Assembly: GCA_009886115.1 (NCBI GenBank)
Contig: VFJJ01000011.1
Span: forward strand, 27,348 to 91,347
DNA: 64,000 nt
Reading direction: 5' to 3'
Origin: Actinomycetota bacterium
Lineage (GTDB): Bacteria; Actinomycetota; Acidimicrobiia; IMCC26256; VFJJ01
Below, in pieces: positions 1-8,575 of the stretch. The notes below the pieces were generated by a model. That model was not told where the DNA came from, did not search any database, and saw nothing but the letters and a program-made list of their open reading frames with translations. The position numbers and the translations under genes are program-made. How positions within the stretch are numbered: the stretch's first letter is position 1; every line of letters starts with the position of its first letter.

Positions 1-229
1 AGATCTCGAGATCGACCCGGGCGGGCTGTCCGGCATGCACCCGGAGCGGTTCGACGCGGCGGCGAACCGCCAGGCGTGGCCGGCGCCGCCGAGCGACGAA
101 CCACGCAGCCACGATGGTCGCGCCCGCGCCGGCAGCCACGACCGCGAGCTCGACCGAGCCGAGAGCCCGTCCGGCGGTGTAGGTGAGGGCGGCCCCGATC
201 GCCAGCGCCCACCCTCGGGCCGTGAGCAT
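1..229 (-). CDS. DUF58-family protein, N-terminal fragment (gene continues beyond window start)
   Basis: ATG at 229 lies 4 nt after the moxR stop. It translates to MLTARGWALAIGAALTYTAGRALGSVELAVVAAGAGATIVAAWFVARRRRPRLAVRRRVEPLRVHAGQPARVDLEI: two TM helices, then an R-rich segment, as in DUF58 proteins that follow MoxR ATPases. Not in the ORF track because it is truncated. Confidence 0.6.
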   Translation of the reverse strand, partial: MLTARGWALAIGAALTYTAGRALGSVELAVVAAGAGATIVAAWFVARRRRPRLAVRRRVEPLRVHAGQPARVDLEI

Positions 230-233
230 CGAC

Positions 234-1406
<1,173 letters not shown>

Positions 1407-1442
1407 CGCGGCGACGGGAGGTTTGGGGCCTACGCTGCCACC

Positions 1443-1715
1443 GTGCAGCCGAAGGGGGTTCGGGGATCGCGGCGTCGGGTGCTCGGCGCAGCTGCGGCGA
1501 TCGCAGGTCGCCCGTCACTGTGGGGAACGGCGATCACCCAGGGCTGGCGGATCGCCCGCCCGGGCTGGTGGCGGCGCCCGCCGTTTCTTCCCGTGCCCGA
1601 TCCCGAGTACCTGCGCTTCCGGCTGCAGACCGCCTACGGCGACGATGGTGGCTTCGAGCCCCACGATCTCGTCACCTACCTCCGCTGGTGTCGCTCGTTC
1701 CCTCGCTCGCGATGA
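1443..1715 (+). CDS. small conserved hypothetical protein (PGWWRRPPFLPVPDPEYLRFRLQTAYG...YLRWCR)
   Basis: C-terminal part of ORF 477..1715. GTG 1443 is preceded by GGGAGG (1426-1431). The stop overlaps the next ATG (ATGA at 1712-1715). The W/R/P-rich motif looks like a family I recall from actinobacteria, but that is unverified. Confidence 0.4.
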   Translation: MQPKGVRGSRRRVLGAAAAIAGRPSLWGTAITQGWRIARPGWWRRPPFLPVPDPEYLRFRLQTAYGDDGGFEPHDLVTYLRWCRSFPRSR

Positions 1716-2305
1716 GCGCGTCCGCTCCGGCGGCCATATCGCGCTCGGTGGGATCGGTCGATCGGTACAATCTCGCCGACCGATGGAGGACCGTCGTGAG
1801 CCGAGCGTTGGTGCTCAATGCTTCCTACGAGCCGCTCGGGGTCGTCTCGGACCGGCGGGCCGTCGTGCTCGTGTTGAAGGACAAGGCCGAGGTGATCCAT
1901 GAGCGCGACGATCGACTGCGCTCCGAGCGCCGCTCGATCTCCATTCCGTCGGTGATCAAGCTCCACCGGCTGGTGCGCGTACCGCACCGGGCCCGAGCGC
2001 CGCTCTCGCGTCGGGGCGTGTTCTTGCGCGACGGTCATCGTTGCCAGTACTGCGGGAACGGCGCCGAGAGCCTCGACCACGTCGTGCCCCGTTCGCGGGG
2101 CGGTCTGCACTGCTGGGAGAACGTGGTCGCCTGCTGCAAGCGCTGCAACGCAGCCAAGGAGGACCGGCTGCTGGCCGAGACCTCGTTCCGTCTGCGCGCC
2201 GAGCCCCGGGCCCCCCAGACCGCCATCTGGATCGCCGCCGCGGCAGGACGCGTCGACCCGAACTGGGAGTCGTACCTGGGACGGGGACTCGCCGCGGCCG
2301 GCTGA
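1712..2305 (+). CDS. HNH endonuclease
   Basis: Conserved VLNASYEPLGVV N-terminal block. HNH/zinc-finger CQYCG...LDHVVPRSRGG...WENVVACCKRCNAAK. Start is either ATG 1712 (ATGA coupling) or GTG 1796 (preceded by GGAGGA 1785-1790). Confidence 0.85.
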   Translation: MSASAPAAISRSVGSVDRYNLADRWRTVVSRALVLNASYEPLGVVSDRRAVVLVLKDKAEVIHERDDRLRSERRSISIPSVIKLHRLVRVPHRARAPLSRRGVFLRDGHRCQYCGNGAESLDHVVPRSRGGLHCWENVVACCKRCNAAKEDRLLAETSFRLRAEPRAPQTAIWIAAAAGRVDPNWESYLGRGLAAAG

Positions 2306-2405
2306 GACGCGGCCGGCGCTGGCGCGGCCCGCGCCACCCGGCGACCAGTCCCGGTTCGGGGTATCGAGCTCTGCTGGGCGGCTGCGGTGCCGGGTCCGTA
2401 GGGTC

Positions 2406-2440
2406 GGACCAGGCAGGACCAGGCAGGACCAGGCGGGACT
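2406..2440. repeat. 10-bp tandem repeat GGACCAGGCA x3.5
   Basis: Read directly: ggaccaggca ggaccaggca ggaccaggcg ggact. It abuts or overlaps the aqpZ stop codon (2439-2441) in the convergent HNH/aqpZ gap. Confidence 0.9.
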
Positions 2441-3194
2441 AAGCGATGGCTTGGTCGGGGTCGCCGCTGACTGGTGCATCGATGTCTTCGTCAGGGACCC
2501 CGAGCACGGCGCGGTAGATGAGGGCGCCGATGACGGCGCCGGCAACGGGCGCCAGCCAGAACAGCCACAACTGCGGCAGGTAGTCGCCGCGGGCGAAGAG
2601 GGCCTGGGAGGTGGACCGGGCAGGATTGACCGAGGTGTTGGTGACCGGGATCGAGATGAGGTGGATGAGCGTGAGCGCCAGGCCGATGGCCACCGGGGCG
2701 GTGCCTCCCGGGGCGCCCTTGCGAGTTGCCCCCATGATCACGATCAGGAACACCGCGGTCATGACCACTTCGCACACGAGGCAGGCGAGCAACGTGTACC
2801 GACCGGGCGACTGGCCGCCGTAGCCGTTGGCAGCGAACCCGGAGCCGGTGATCGAGAACTCGTCGACCCCTGATGCGATCACGGCCAGCACGCCCGCCGC
2901 GGCGATCCCACCGAGCACCTGGGCCAGGACGTAGCCAAGAGCGTCCTTGGCCGCGAAGCGCCGACCAGCGACGAGGCCGAGTGTGATGGCCGGGTTGAAG
3001 TGGCCGCCCGAGACGTGCCCGAACGCGTACGCGCCGGTGAGGACGGTGAGCCCGAACGCCAGGCTGACGCCGACCAGACCGATGCCCAGGTTGGTCTCGG
3101 GCATGAACCCCGCGGCGAGAACGGCGGCGCCGCAGCCGCCGAGGACGAGCCAGAACGTTCCCAGGAACTCGGCCCCGAGCTTGCGTGCATCCAC
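2439..3194 (-). CDS. aqpZ: aquaporin Z (MIP family water channel)
   Basis: Collinear with E. coli AqpZ from [19 protein letters not shown]. Both NPA boxes are present ([20 protein letters not shown]). GTG 3194 is preceded by GGGGAAGG. The ORF extends to 3452, with an alternative ATG at 3359. Confidence 0.9.
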   Translation of the reverse strand: MDARKLGAEFLGTFWLVLGGCGAAVLAAGFMPETNLGIGLVGVSLAFGLTVLTGAYAFGHVSGGHFNPAITLGLVAGRRFAAKDALGYVLAQVLGGIAAAGVLAVIASGVDEFSITGSGFAANGYGGQSPGRYTLLACLVCEVVMTAVFLIVIMGATRKGAPGGTAPVAIGLALTLIHLISIPVTNTSVNPARSTSQALFARGDYLPQLWLFWLAPVAGAVIGALIYRAVLGVPDEDIDAPVSGDPDQAIA

Positions 3195-3412
3195 AGGTCC
3201 CAGCCTTCCCCGCCACAGGTCGAGGGCTGCGGTGGTCGACGACGAGTACGCCGCATCCTGGCAGATTTCAAGCGCCCGGGCCTCGACTTCGGCCGTCACC
3301 GGCAATCTATCCCGCTCTCCCGGCACCCCACTCGCATTCACCCGTTCGGGACGGGCCATGTGGCATGCTGAGATCACATCCGCAACTCCTGCCACACGCA
3401 TGTTTCGGTCCA

Positions 3413-3468
3413 GGTGGAGGGAAGTGGTGCTTTTTGGTGTTGACTGGAGCAAAGTGGAGGGCTACTGT
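3413..3468 (+). promoter_or_regulatory. mraZ (dcw) promoter with 10-bp phased nTGG(A/T)G array (MraZ-operator-like)
   Basis: TTGACT (3440-3445), 17 nt spacer, TACTGT (3463-3468), about 44 nt upstream of the mraZ GTG. GTGGAG, GTGGTG, TTGGTG, CTGGAG and GTGGAG start at 3414, 3424, 3434, 3444 and 3454, an exact 10-bp phase, overlapping the -35 and spacer. Confidence 0.55.
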
Positions 3469-3511
3469 GGCCCAGGGGAGCGGGAGGCGACCACTGACGA
3501 GATGAGGGCGG

Positions 3512-3940
3512 GTGTTCTACGGCCAACACGATCACTCCCTGGATGACAAGGGGCGCGTGATCCTGCCGGCCAAGTTCCGTCACCTTCTCGAGGGTGGAGC
3601 CTTCGTCTCCAAGGGCCGGGCCCGTTGCCTGGCCGTGTACACGACCGAGGAGTGGAGTCGGGTGGCGCAGTCGGTGCAGGAAGTGGCCAAGCGAGGCAAT
3701 CGGGAACGTCTCGCCGCCGCGGCCTTCTTCGCCGGGGCAGCCGACGCCACGCCCGACAAGCAAGGTCGCGTGGCCATTCCCGCCAACCTGCGGGACTACG
3801 CAGCTCTCGAGCGCGATCTGGTCGTGGTGGGGCAGTACACCCACGTCGAGATCTGGGATGCCCGACGCTGGGCCGACCGGGTCGTCGACGGCGACGCCTC
3901 GCTCGCCGATGCCGAGCTCATGCCCGACTTCGGGCTCTGA
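3512..3940 (+). CDS. mraZ: transcriptional regulator MraZ
   Basis: 142 aa with two SpoVT/AbrB-like halves: DDKGRVILPAKFR and DKQGRVAIPANLR. First gene of the dcw cluster. Confidence 0.95.
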   Translation: MFYGQHDHSLDDKGRVILPAKFRHLLEGGAFVSKGRARCLAVYTTEEWSRVAQSVQEVAKRGNRERLAAAAFFAGAADATPDKQGRVAIPANLRDYAALERDLVVVGQYTHVEIWDARRWADRVVDGDASLADAELMPDFGL

Positions 3941-3981
3941 GCCCGACTCGCACCGGTGATCGTCCCAGCACCACAGGCACC

Positions 3982-4034
3982 CAGCAGGGCCGAGCACAGC
4001 AGGGCCGAGCACAGCAGGGCCGAGCACAGCAGGA
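3982..4034. repeat. 15-bp tandem repeat CAGCAGGGCCGAGCA x3.5
   Basis: Three perfect copies (3982-3996, 3997-4011, 4012-4026) plus a partial fourth, in the 241-nt mraZ-rsmH spacer. Confidence 0.9.
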
Positions 4035-4063
4035 CCCATTGACAGAACAGCGAATCGTCGATC

Positions 4064-4177
4064 GGATCGCTCCCAGCTCCCCGGTTGGTCAGGTGGAACA
4101 CCCCGACTCCGCCCGCTTCCAACCCATCCGTTCCGCCCAGAACGGCGCCCGTCCGGCCGGGGGGCTGGAAGCGATCC
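4064..4177 (+). promoter_or_regulatory. long imperfect hairpin in the rsmH 5' leader (candidate mraW-type RNA motif)
   Basis: Left arm 4064-4084 (ggatcgctcccagctccccgg) pairs with right arm 4157-4177 (ccggggggctggaagcgatcc): 21 positions, 1 mismatch, 1 G-U. The 72-nt interior contains the hairpin CCGTTccgcccagAACGG. The right arm contains GGAAG and ends 4 nt before the rsmH GTG (4182). Confidence 0.5.
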
Positions 4178-4181
4178 GATC

Positions 4182-5255
4182 GTGACCGCCGACTTCGACC
4201 ACACCCCGGTGATGGCCAAGGAGATCCTCGACGCTCTCCGGCCCGTTCCCACAGGGCTCGTGGTCGATGCCACGGTCGGCGGCGGCGGGCATGCCGCATC
4301 GATCCTCGAGGCCCGTCCGGACGTGACGCTCCTCGGAATCGATCGGGATCCCGACGCGGTCGAGGCGGCACGGGAGCGGCTCGCCCGCTTCGCGGGGAGG
4401 GCCACGGTCGTGCGTGGGGGGTTCGAGGACCTCGCCCGGCTCGTCGCCCACCACCGCAGCAGCAGTCCCGGCAGCAGTCCCCGCAGCGACAGCTCTTCCA
4501 GCAGTACCAAGGGTTCCAGCAGCACGGGCACCAGCCCCGACGGCCAGGAAGTCGGCCGTCTCGACAACGATCAAGGACGACGACATGAACCGGTGGTGGC
4601 GGTTGTGTTCGACCTCGGAGTCAGCAGCCCGCAGCTCGACCGCGCCGAGCGAGGGTTCTCCTACCGCGCCGACGCCCCGCTCGACATGCGAATGGACCCG
4701 GACCAGCAGCGCAGCGCCGCCGACGTGGTCAACGGGTATGCGGAGGCCGACCTTCGTCGGGTCATCGCCCGCTACGGGGAGGAGCGTTTCGCTCGCTCCG
4801 TCGCTCGGGCCATCGTCCGTCGCCGCCCGATCGGCTCGACCCTTGAGCTGGCCGAGGTGATCAAGGAAGCCATCCCCGCAGCCACGCGGCGTACGGGCGG
4901 TCATCCGGCCAAGCGCACGTTCCAGGCGATCCGCATCGAGGTCAACGCCGAGCTCGCACACCTCGAGGAGGGGCTCGACAACGCCTTCGTGCTGCTCGGG
5001 ACCGGTGGCCGTCTGGCCGTGCTGTCGTATCACTCGCTCGAAGACCGCATCGTCAAGCTGCGGTTCGGGGGCTGGGCGACCGGCGGCGAGCACCCCCGGG
5101 GCCTGCCGGTGCGCGAGACCGCCCGGGATCCCCGCGTGCGGCTCGTGCAGCGCTCGAGCGCGGCATCGCCCGACGAGATCGCGTCGAACCCGCGGGCCCG
5201 CAGCGCACGCCTCCGTGTCGTCGAGAAGCTACCGAGTGAGGACACGGGGTCGTGA
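4182..5255 (+). CDS. rsmH: 16S rRNA (cytosine1402-N4)-methyltransferase RsmH (MraW)
   Basis: HTPVM...VDATVGGGGH...DLGVSSPQLD...RGFSY...LDMRMD...HPAKRTFQAIRIEVN...SYHSLEDRIVK. Contains an extra Ser-rich insertion (see findings). Confidence 0.95.
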   Translation: MTADFDHTPVMAKEILDALRPVPTGLVVDATVGGGGHAASILEARPDVTLLGIDRDPDAVEAARERLARFAGRATVVRGGFEDLARLVAHHRSSSPGSSPRSDSSSSSTKGSSSTGTSPDGQEVGRLDNDQGRRHEPVVAVVFDLGVSSPQLDRAERGFSYRADAPLDMRMDPDQQRSAADVVNGYAEADLRRVIARYGEERFARSVARAIVRRRPIGSTLELAEVIKEAIPAATRRTGGHPAKRTFQAIRIEVNAELAHLEEGLDNAFVLLGTGGRLAVLSYHSLEDRIVKLRFGGWATGGEHPRGLPVRETARDPRVRLVQRSSAASPDEIASNPRARSARLRVVEKLPSEDTGS

Positions 5256-5890
5256 CAGCAGGACGAGCCGCCGCGGCGGCTCCCGTCCGAACCCGAAGCG
5301 AGCCGGCACCCCGAACCCGCCCCGGCGATGACGGCCGATCGCGGGCGGGCTCTCCGGTGAGCGCCCGAGCGGTCCCGCACGAACGGGGGCGACCGCGACC
5401 GGCACCCGGCCGCGACCGTGCACGCCACGACGTCGAGCGCGATCTGCGGCCCGACCTCGAGCAGCGGACGCGCCCACCGCGCCCCGAGCTTCGGATCGTC
5501 GACGAGGCCGGACGACGCCGGCGGCGTCGGCTCAAGATCGCGGCCTGGCTCGTGGGCACCTTCGGCGTCATCCTCATGTTCGGCGCCGCGGTGATCCACG
5601 TGTTGTTGACCCAGTCGCAGTTCCAGCTCGAGCGGATCAGGGGCGAGATCGCCGCGCAGCAGCAGGAGTATGAGGAGCTGCGCCTCCAGGTCGCCCGTCT
5701 CTCGGCGCCCGAGGAGGTCGTGAAGGTCGCGACGAACCAGCTCGGCATGGTGGCTCCCGAGCACACCGAGTACCTGCTGGCGCCCGGCGTGGCCTTGGCG
5801 ACCAGCGAGGACATCGCCGCCGCCGACGGCAATCCCAACGCCCCGGCGCCCTGGGAAGAGATGAAAGCGCTGCTTGACCGCCGACCGTGA
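5252..5890 (+). CDS. ftsL: FtsL-like cell division protein (septum formation initiator family)
   Basis: Single TM (IAAWLVGTFGVILMFGAAVIHVLL) followed by a coiled coil (QSQFQLERIRGEIAAQQQEYEELRLQVARL). Sits between rsmH and ftsI. GTGA overlap with the rsmH stop; alternative GTG near 5356. Confidence 0.8.
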   Translation: MTAGRAAAAAPVRTRSEPAPRTRPGDDGRSRAGSPVSARAVPHERGRPRPAPGRDRARHDVERDLRPDLEQRTRPPRPELRIVDEAGRRRRRRLKIAAWLVGTFGVILMFGAAVIHVLLTQSQFQLERIRGEIAAQQQEYEELRLQVARLSAPEEVVKVATNQLGMVAPEHTEYLLAPGVALATSEDIAAADGNPNAPAPWEEMKALLDRRP

Positions 5891-8480
5891 CTCCCGGGCC
5901 GGCCGCGCCGGACCTCGATCGAAGCCCGTCTCGCAACCCACCCGGGCTCGGACGGCCAGCGCAGCGCGCCCGCACCGAGGCGGTCCGCAGAGGCCCGAGA
6001 TCGACGATCGGCGCCCGTCGGATCGCCACCGGTCGAGGTCGACCCAGCACCTCCGTTCCGTCCACGATCGCGATGCCCGCGACCGGGCTCGTCGCCGTGC
6101 CCGTTCGCATCCCCGCCCCCATGCCCGAGCGCCCCATCGGTTCGGCGGGAGTTGGGACTCCCGAGATCGGGCTGCACCGACCGGCCGGCGGGCGATCGTG
6201 TTCCTCGTGGCCATCGTCGTCCTGTTTGCAACGATCGGCTGGCGTCTGTTCGATCTCCAGATCAACGACCACGATGCGCTCGTGGCCCGGGGCGTCGACC
6301 AACGGTTGCGGACGATCGTCCTCGCGGCCGAGCGGGGCGTGATCTTCGACCGCAACGGCAACGAGCTTGCGGTCTCGATCCCGCAGTACACCGTGTGGGC
6401 CGATCCCAAGTTCGTCGTCGACGACCTCGGGTGGGCCTCCCTGCTCTCGCCGATCCTGGGCGTTCCGGCCGACGCGTTGCAGGCCCGCTTGGCCCAGGAC
6501 GACAAGCGGTTCGTGTACCTCGCCCGTCAGGTCGACGAGACGACCATGCAGCAGGTGCGCGATCTCGGCATCCAGGCGAGCGGCATCGGCATCGTCCCCG
6601 AATCGAAGCGGTTCTACCCCCAGGGCCAGCTGGCGGCGTCGATCATCGGGCGCACCGACATCGACAACCAGGGCGTCGCCGGGCTCGAGTACCAGTACGA
6701 CGAGCAGCTCACCGGCGTTCCGGGCGAGATCGTCGTCGAGCGCGACCAGGACGGCCGGGAGATCCCCCAGAGCAACCGCTCGTACACGCCGCCCCAGCGA
6801 GGCGACGACCTCGTCACCACGATCGATCGCGGGCTCCAGTACAACGTCGACCAGGTGCTCCTGGACGCGATGCCCGTCCTCGGCGCGCAGGCGATCTCGA
6901 TCATCGTCATGGACCTCGCCAACGGTGACATCGTGGCCATGTCGACGGTCCTGAGCCCCGCCGCACAGACCTCGGGCACGACCGCGGCGGCCGAGGCGCC
7001 GGCCGACGCCCCGGCGAGCGCCAACGGCGAGGTCGCGCCCGAGGCCGGATCCGCAGCGGCCGCTCCGGGGGTTCCCCGTCCCGCCGGGCCCACCGACCGG
7101 AACCGTTCGATCACCGACGCCTACGAGCCGGGCTCGATCATGAAGATCGTCCCCCTCGCCGGTGCCCTCGAGGAGGGACGGGTCGATCCGCAGGAGATCT
7201 TCGAGGTTCCCGATCGGTACGTGTATCTCCCGCTCTCGAAGAAGTACATCAAGGTCTTCCGCGACCACGATCCGCACCCGACGCTCCCGATGCGTCCGGC
7301 CGACATCATGAGGGTCTCGTCGAACATCGGGACGATCAAGATGGCCGAGGCCCTCGGCGACGCCGAGCTCTACCGGTACATCAACGAGTTCGGCCTGGCC
7401 GATCGGACCGGTGTCGACTATCCGGGCGAGGAGGACGGCCTCCTCCTCGACTTCGAACGCTGGTCGAAGACGACGCTCCCCACCAACGCCATCGGCCAGG
7501 GGATCGCGACCACGCCCCTCCAGATGCTCAACGCCTATGCCACCATCGCCCGCTGTGGCGAGGTGATGGCGCCGCGCTTCGTCATGGCCACCATCGACGC
7601 CGACGGCGACCGGCACGACATCGCCCCCGACGATCCCCGACGCGTGGTCTCCGAGCAGACGGCCGCGCTGGTGAACGACATGCTCGTCGGCGTGGTCGAA
7701 AGTGGAACCGGCGTGAACGCGGCCGTCAACGGCTACACCGTCGCCGGCAAGACCGGGACCGCGCTGAAGGTTCTCGAGGACGGCACCTACGGTACCGACG
7801 ACGAAGCCACCCACCGCTACCGGTCGTCGTTCGTGGGCTTCCTGCCCGCCGAGGCGCCGCGCCTCGCGGCGATCGTCGTGGTCGACGAGCCGTCGTTCGA
7901 GAACCGTTACGCCAGCGTCGCCGCCGCGCCGCTGTTCGCCACGGTCATGTCGTACGCCGTGCGGGACATCAAGGTGGCCCCGCCCCCGCCGGGCACCCGT
8001 CCGTGCGGCGGCGCAGCGGGAGCTGCCTTCACCGCCGTCCCCACACCCGGCAGCGACGGCACGTCCCTCCCGGCGACCGACGCGGCCACGACGGTTCCCG
8101 ATCCCCGCGACGCCCAGCCCGACGTGATCGCGCCCCTGCCGCCGGCACCGCCGCCGCGTGTCGACAGCGTCGATCCGGTGCCCGTCGCCTTGCCGCTGAC
8201 CGAACCCGCAACCGGCGCGGTGCCGGGGGAGGCGCCGGGTGCGACGCCCCTACCGGCGCCCGCGACGCCTGTGGTTCCGGCCCCCGTCGCCGAGCCGGTC
8301 CCGGCGCCGACCGACGGCTCCGGTACGGTCGAGCCGACACCGCCGACACCGCCGCCGCCGCCATCGACGACAGGGACGCCATCGACGACAGGGACGCCGT
8401 CCGATCCGCCGTCGGGTGCCCCACCCTCGTCGGGACCCGATCCTCCGGCCCCCGTCGCCACGGCGGGCCCAGCGCCCTGA
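5874..8480 (+). CDS. ftsI: peptidoglycan D,D-transpeptidase FtsI (class B PBP)
   Basis: TM (IVFLVAIVVLFATIGW), PBP dimerisation region, and SxxK (EPGSIMK). Other transpeptidase boxes not checked. Only TTG 5874 or GTG 6197 are in-frame starts. Long Pro-rich C-terminal tail. Confidence 0.9.
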   Translation: MTADRDSRAGRAGPRSKPVSQPTRARTASAARPHRGGPQRPEIDDRRPSDRHRSRSTQHLRSVHDRDARDRARRRARSHPRPHARAPHRFGGSWDSRDRAAPTGRRAIVFLVAIVVLFATIGWRLFDLQINDHDALVARGVDQRLRTIVLAAERGVIFDRNGNELAVSIPQYTVWADPKFVVDDLGWASLLSPILGVPADALQARLAQDDKRFVYLARQVDETTMQQVRDLGIQASGIGIVPESKRFYPQGQLAASIIGRTDIDNQGVAGLEYQYDEQLTGVPGEIVVERDQDGREIPQSNRSYTPPQRGDDLVTTIDRGLQYNVDQVLLDAMPVLGAQAISIIVMDLANGDIVAMSTVLSPAAQTSGTTAAAEAPADAPASANGEVAPEAGSAAAAPGVPRPAGPTDRNRSITDAYEPGSIMKIVPLAGALEEGRVDPQEIFEVPDRYVYLPLSKKYIKVFRDHDPHPTLPMRPADIMRVSSNIGTIKMAEALGDAELYRYINEFGLADRTGVDYPGEEDGLLLDFERWSKTTLPTNAIGQGIATTPLQMLNAYATIARCGEVMAPRFVMATIDADGDRHDIAPDDPRRVVSEQTAALVNDMLVGVVESGTGVNAAVNGYTVAGKTGTALKVLEDGTYGTDDEATHRYRSSFVGFLPAEAPRLAAIVVVDEPSFENRYASVAAAPLFATVMSYAVRDIKVAPPPPGTRPCGGAAGAAFTAVPTPGSDGTSLPATDAATTVPDPRDAQPDVIAPLPPAPPPRVDSVDPVPVALPLTEPATGAVPGEAPGATPLPAPATPVVPAPVAEPVPAPTDGSGTVEPTPPTPPPPPSTTGTPSTTGTPSDPPSGAPPSSGPDPPAPVATAGPAP

Positions 8481-8575
8481 CCGGCGCTGGCGCCACTGCA
8501 CGATCCGGCGACACCGCCGTGGCCCCACAGCACGAACCGATCCGCCCCTCGAACCACCGAGCCGACGATGGCCCC

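Noticed and set aside
1712-2305. The HNH endonuclease considered as part of a mobile element, a homing element or a defence island.
   Set aside because: There are no flanking inverted or direct repeats, no intein or intron context, and no integrase or neighbouring restriction/defence genes. The VLNASYEPL-type HNH protein looks like the conserved stand-alone actinobacterial family.
3195-3452. N-terminal extension of the aqpZ ORF (up to 337 aa; ATG at 3359).
   Set aside because: Homology to AqpZ begins at RKLGAEF, right after GTG 3194, which has a GGGGAAGG RBS. The extension has no SD and would overlap the mraZ promoter/operator region. It is kept only as an alternative start.
5637-7814. 725-aa minus-strand ORF antisense to ftsI. 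Similar long antisense or alternate-frame ORFs include 9991..11109, 11391..12941, 16768..18756, 18213..19799, 22636..25929, 28313..30568, 35347..36690, 37480..38799, 47274..49373 and 56491..58113.
   Set aside because: In a ~70% GC genome, stop-free frames are expected opposite real genes. Their translations are R/G/P/D-rich low complexity with no motifs. The other strand carries unambiguous homologues with the correct GC3 phase.
8003-8575. Upstream 190 codons of the murE ORF. The same issue applies to murF 9376.., murD 11684.., ftsW 13194.., murG 14549.., ftsZ 20490.., hisC 59471.., hisB 59887.. and hisH 60783...
   Set aside because: These extensions overlap the preceding gene in another frame. 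They translate to R/P-rich sequence. They are superseded by internal starts that form ATGA/GTGA junctions, have an RBS, and coincide with the start of family homology.
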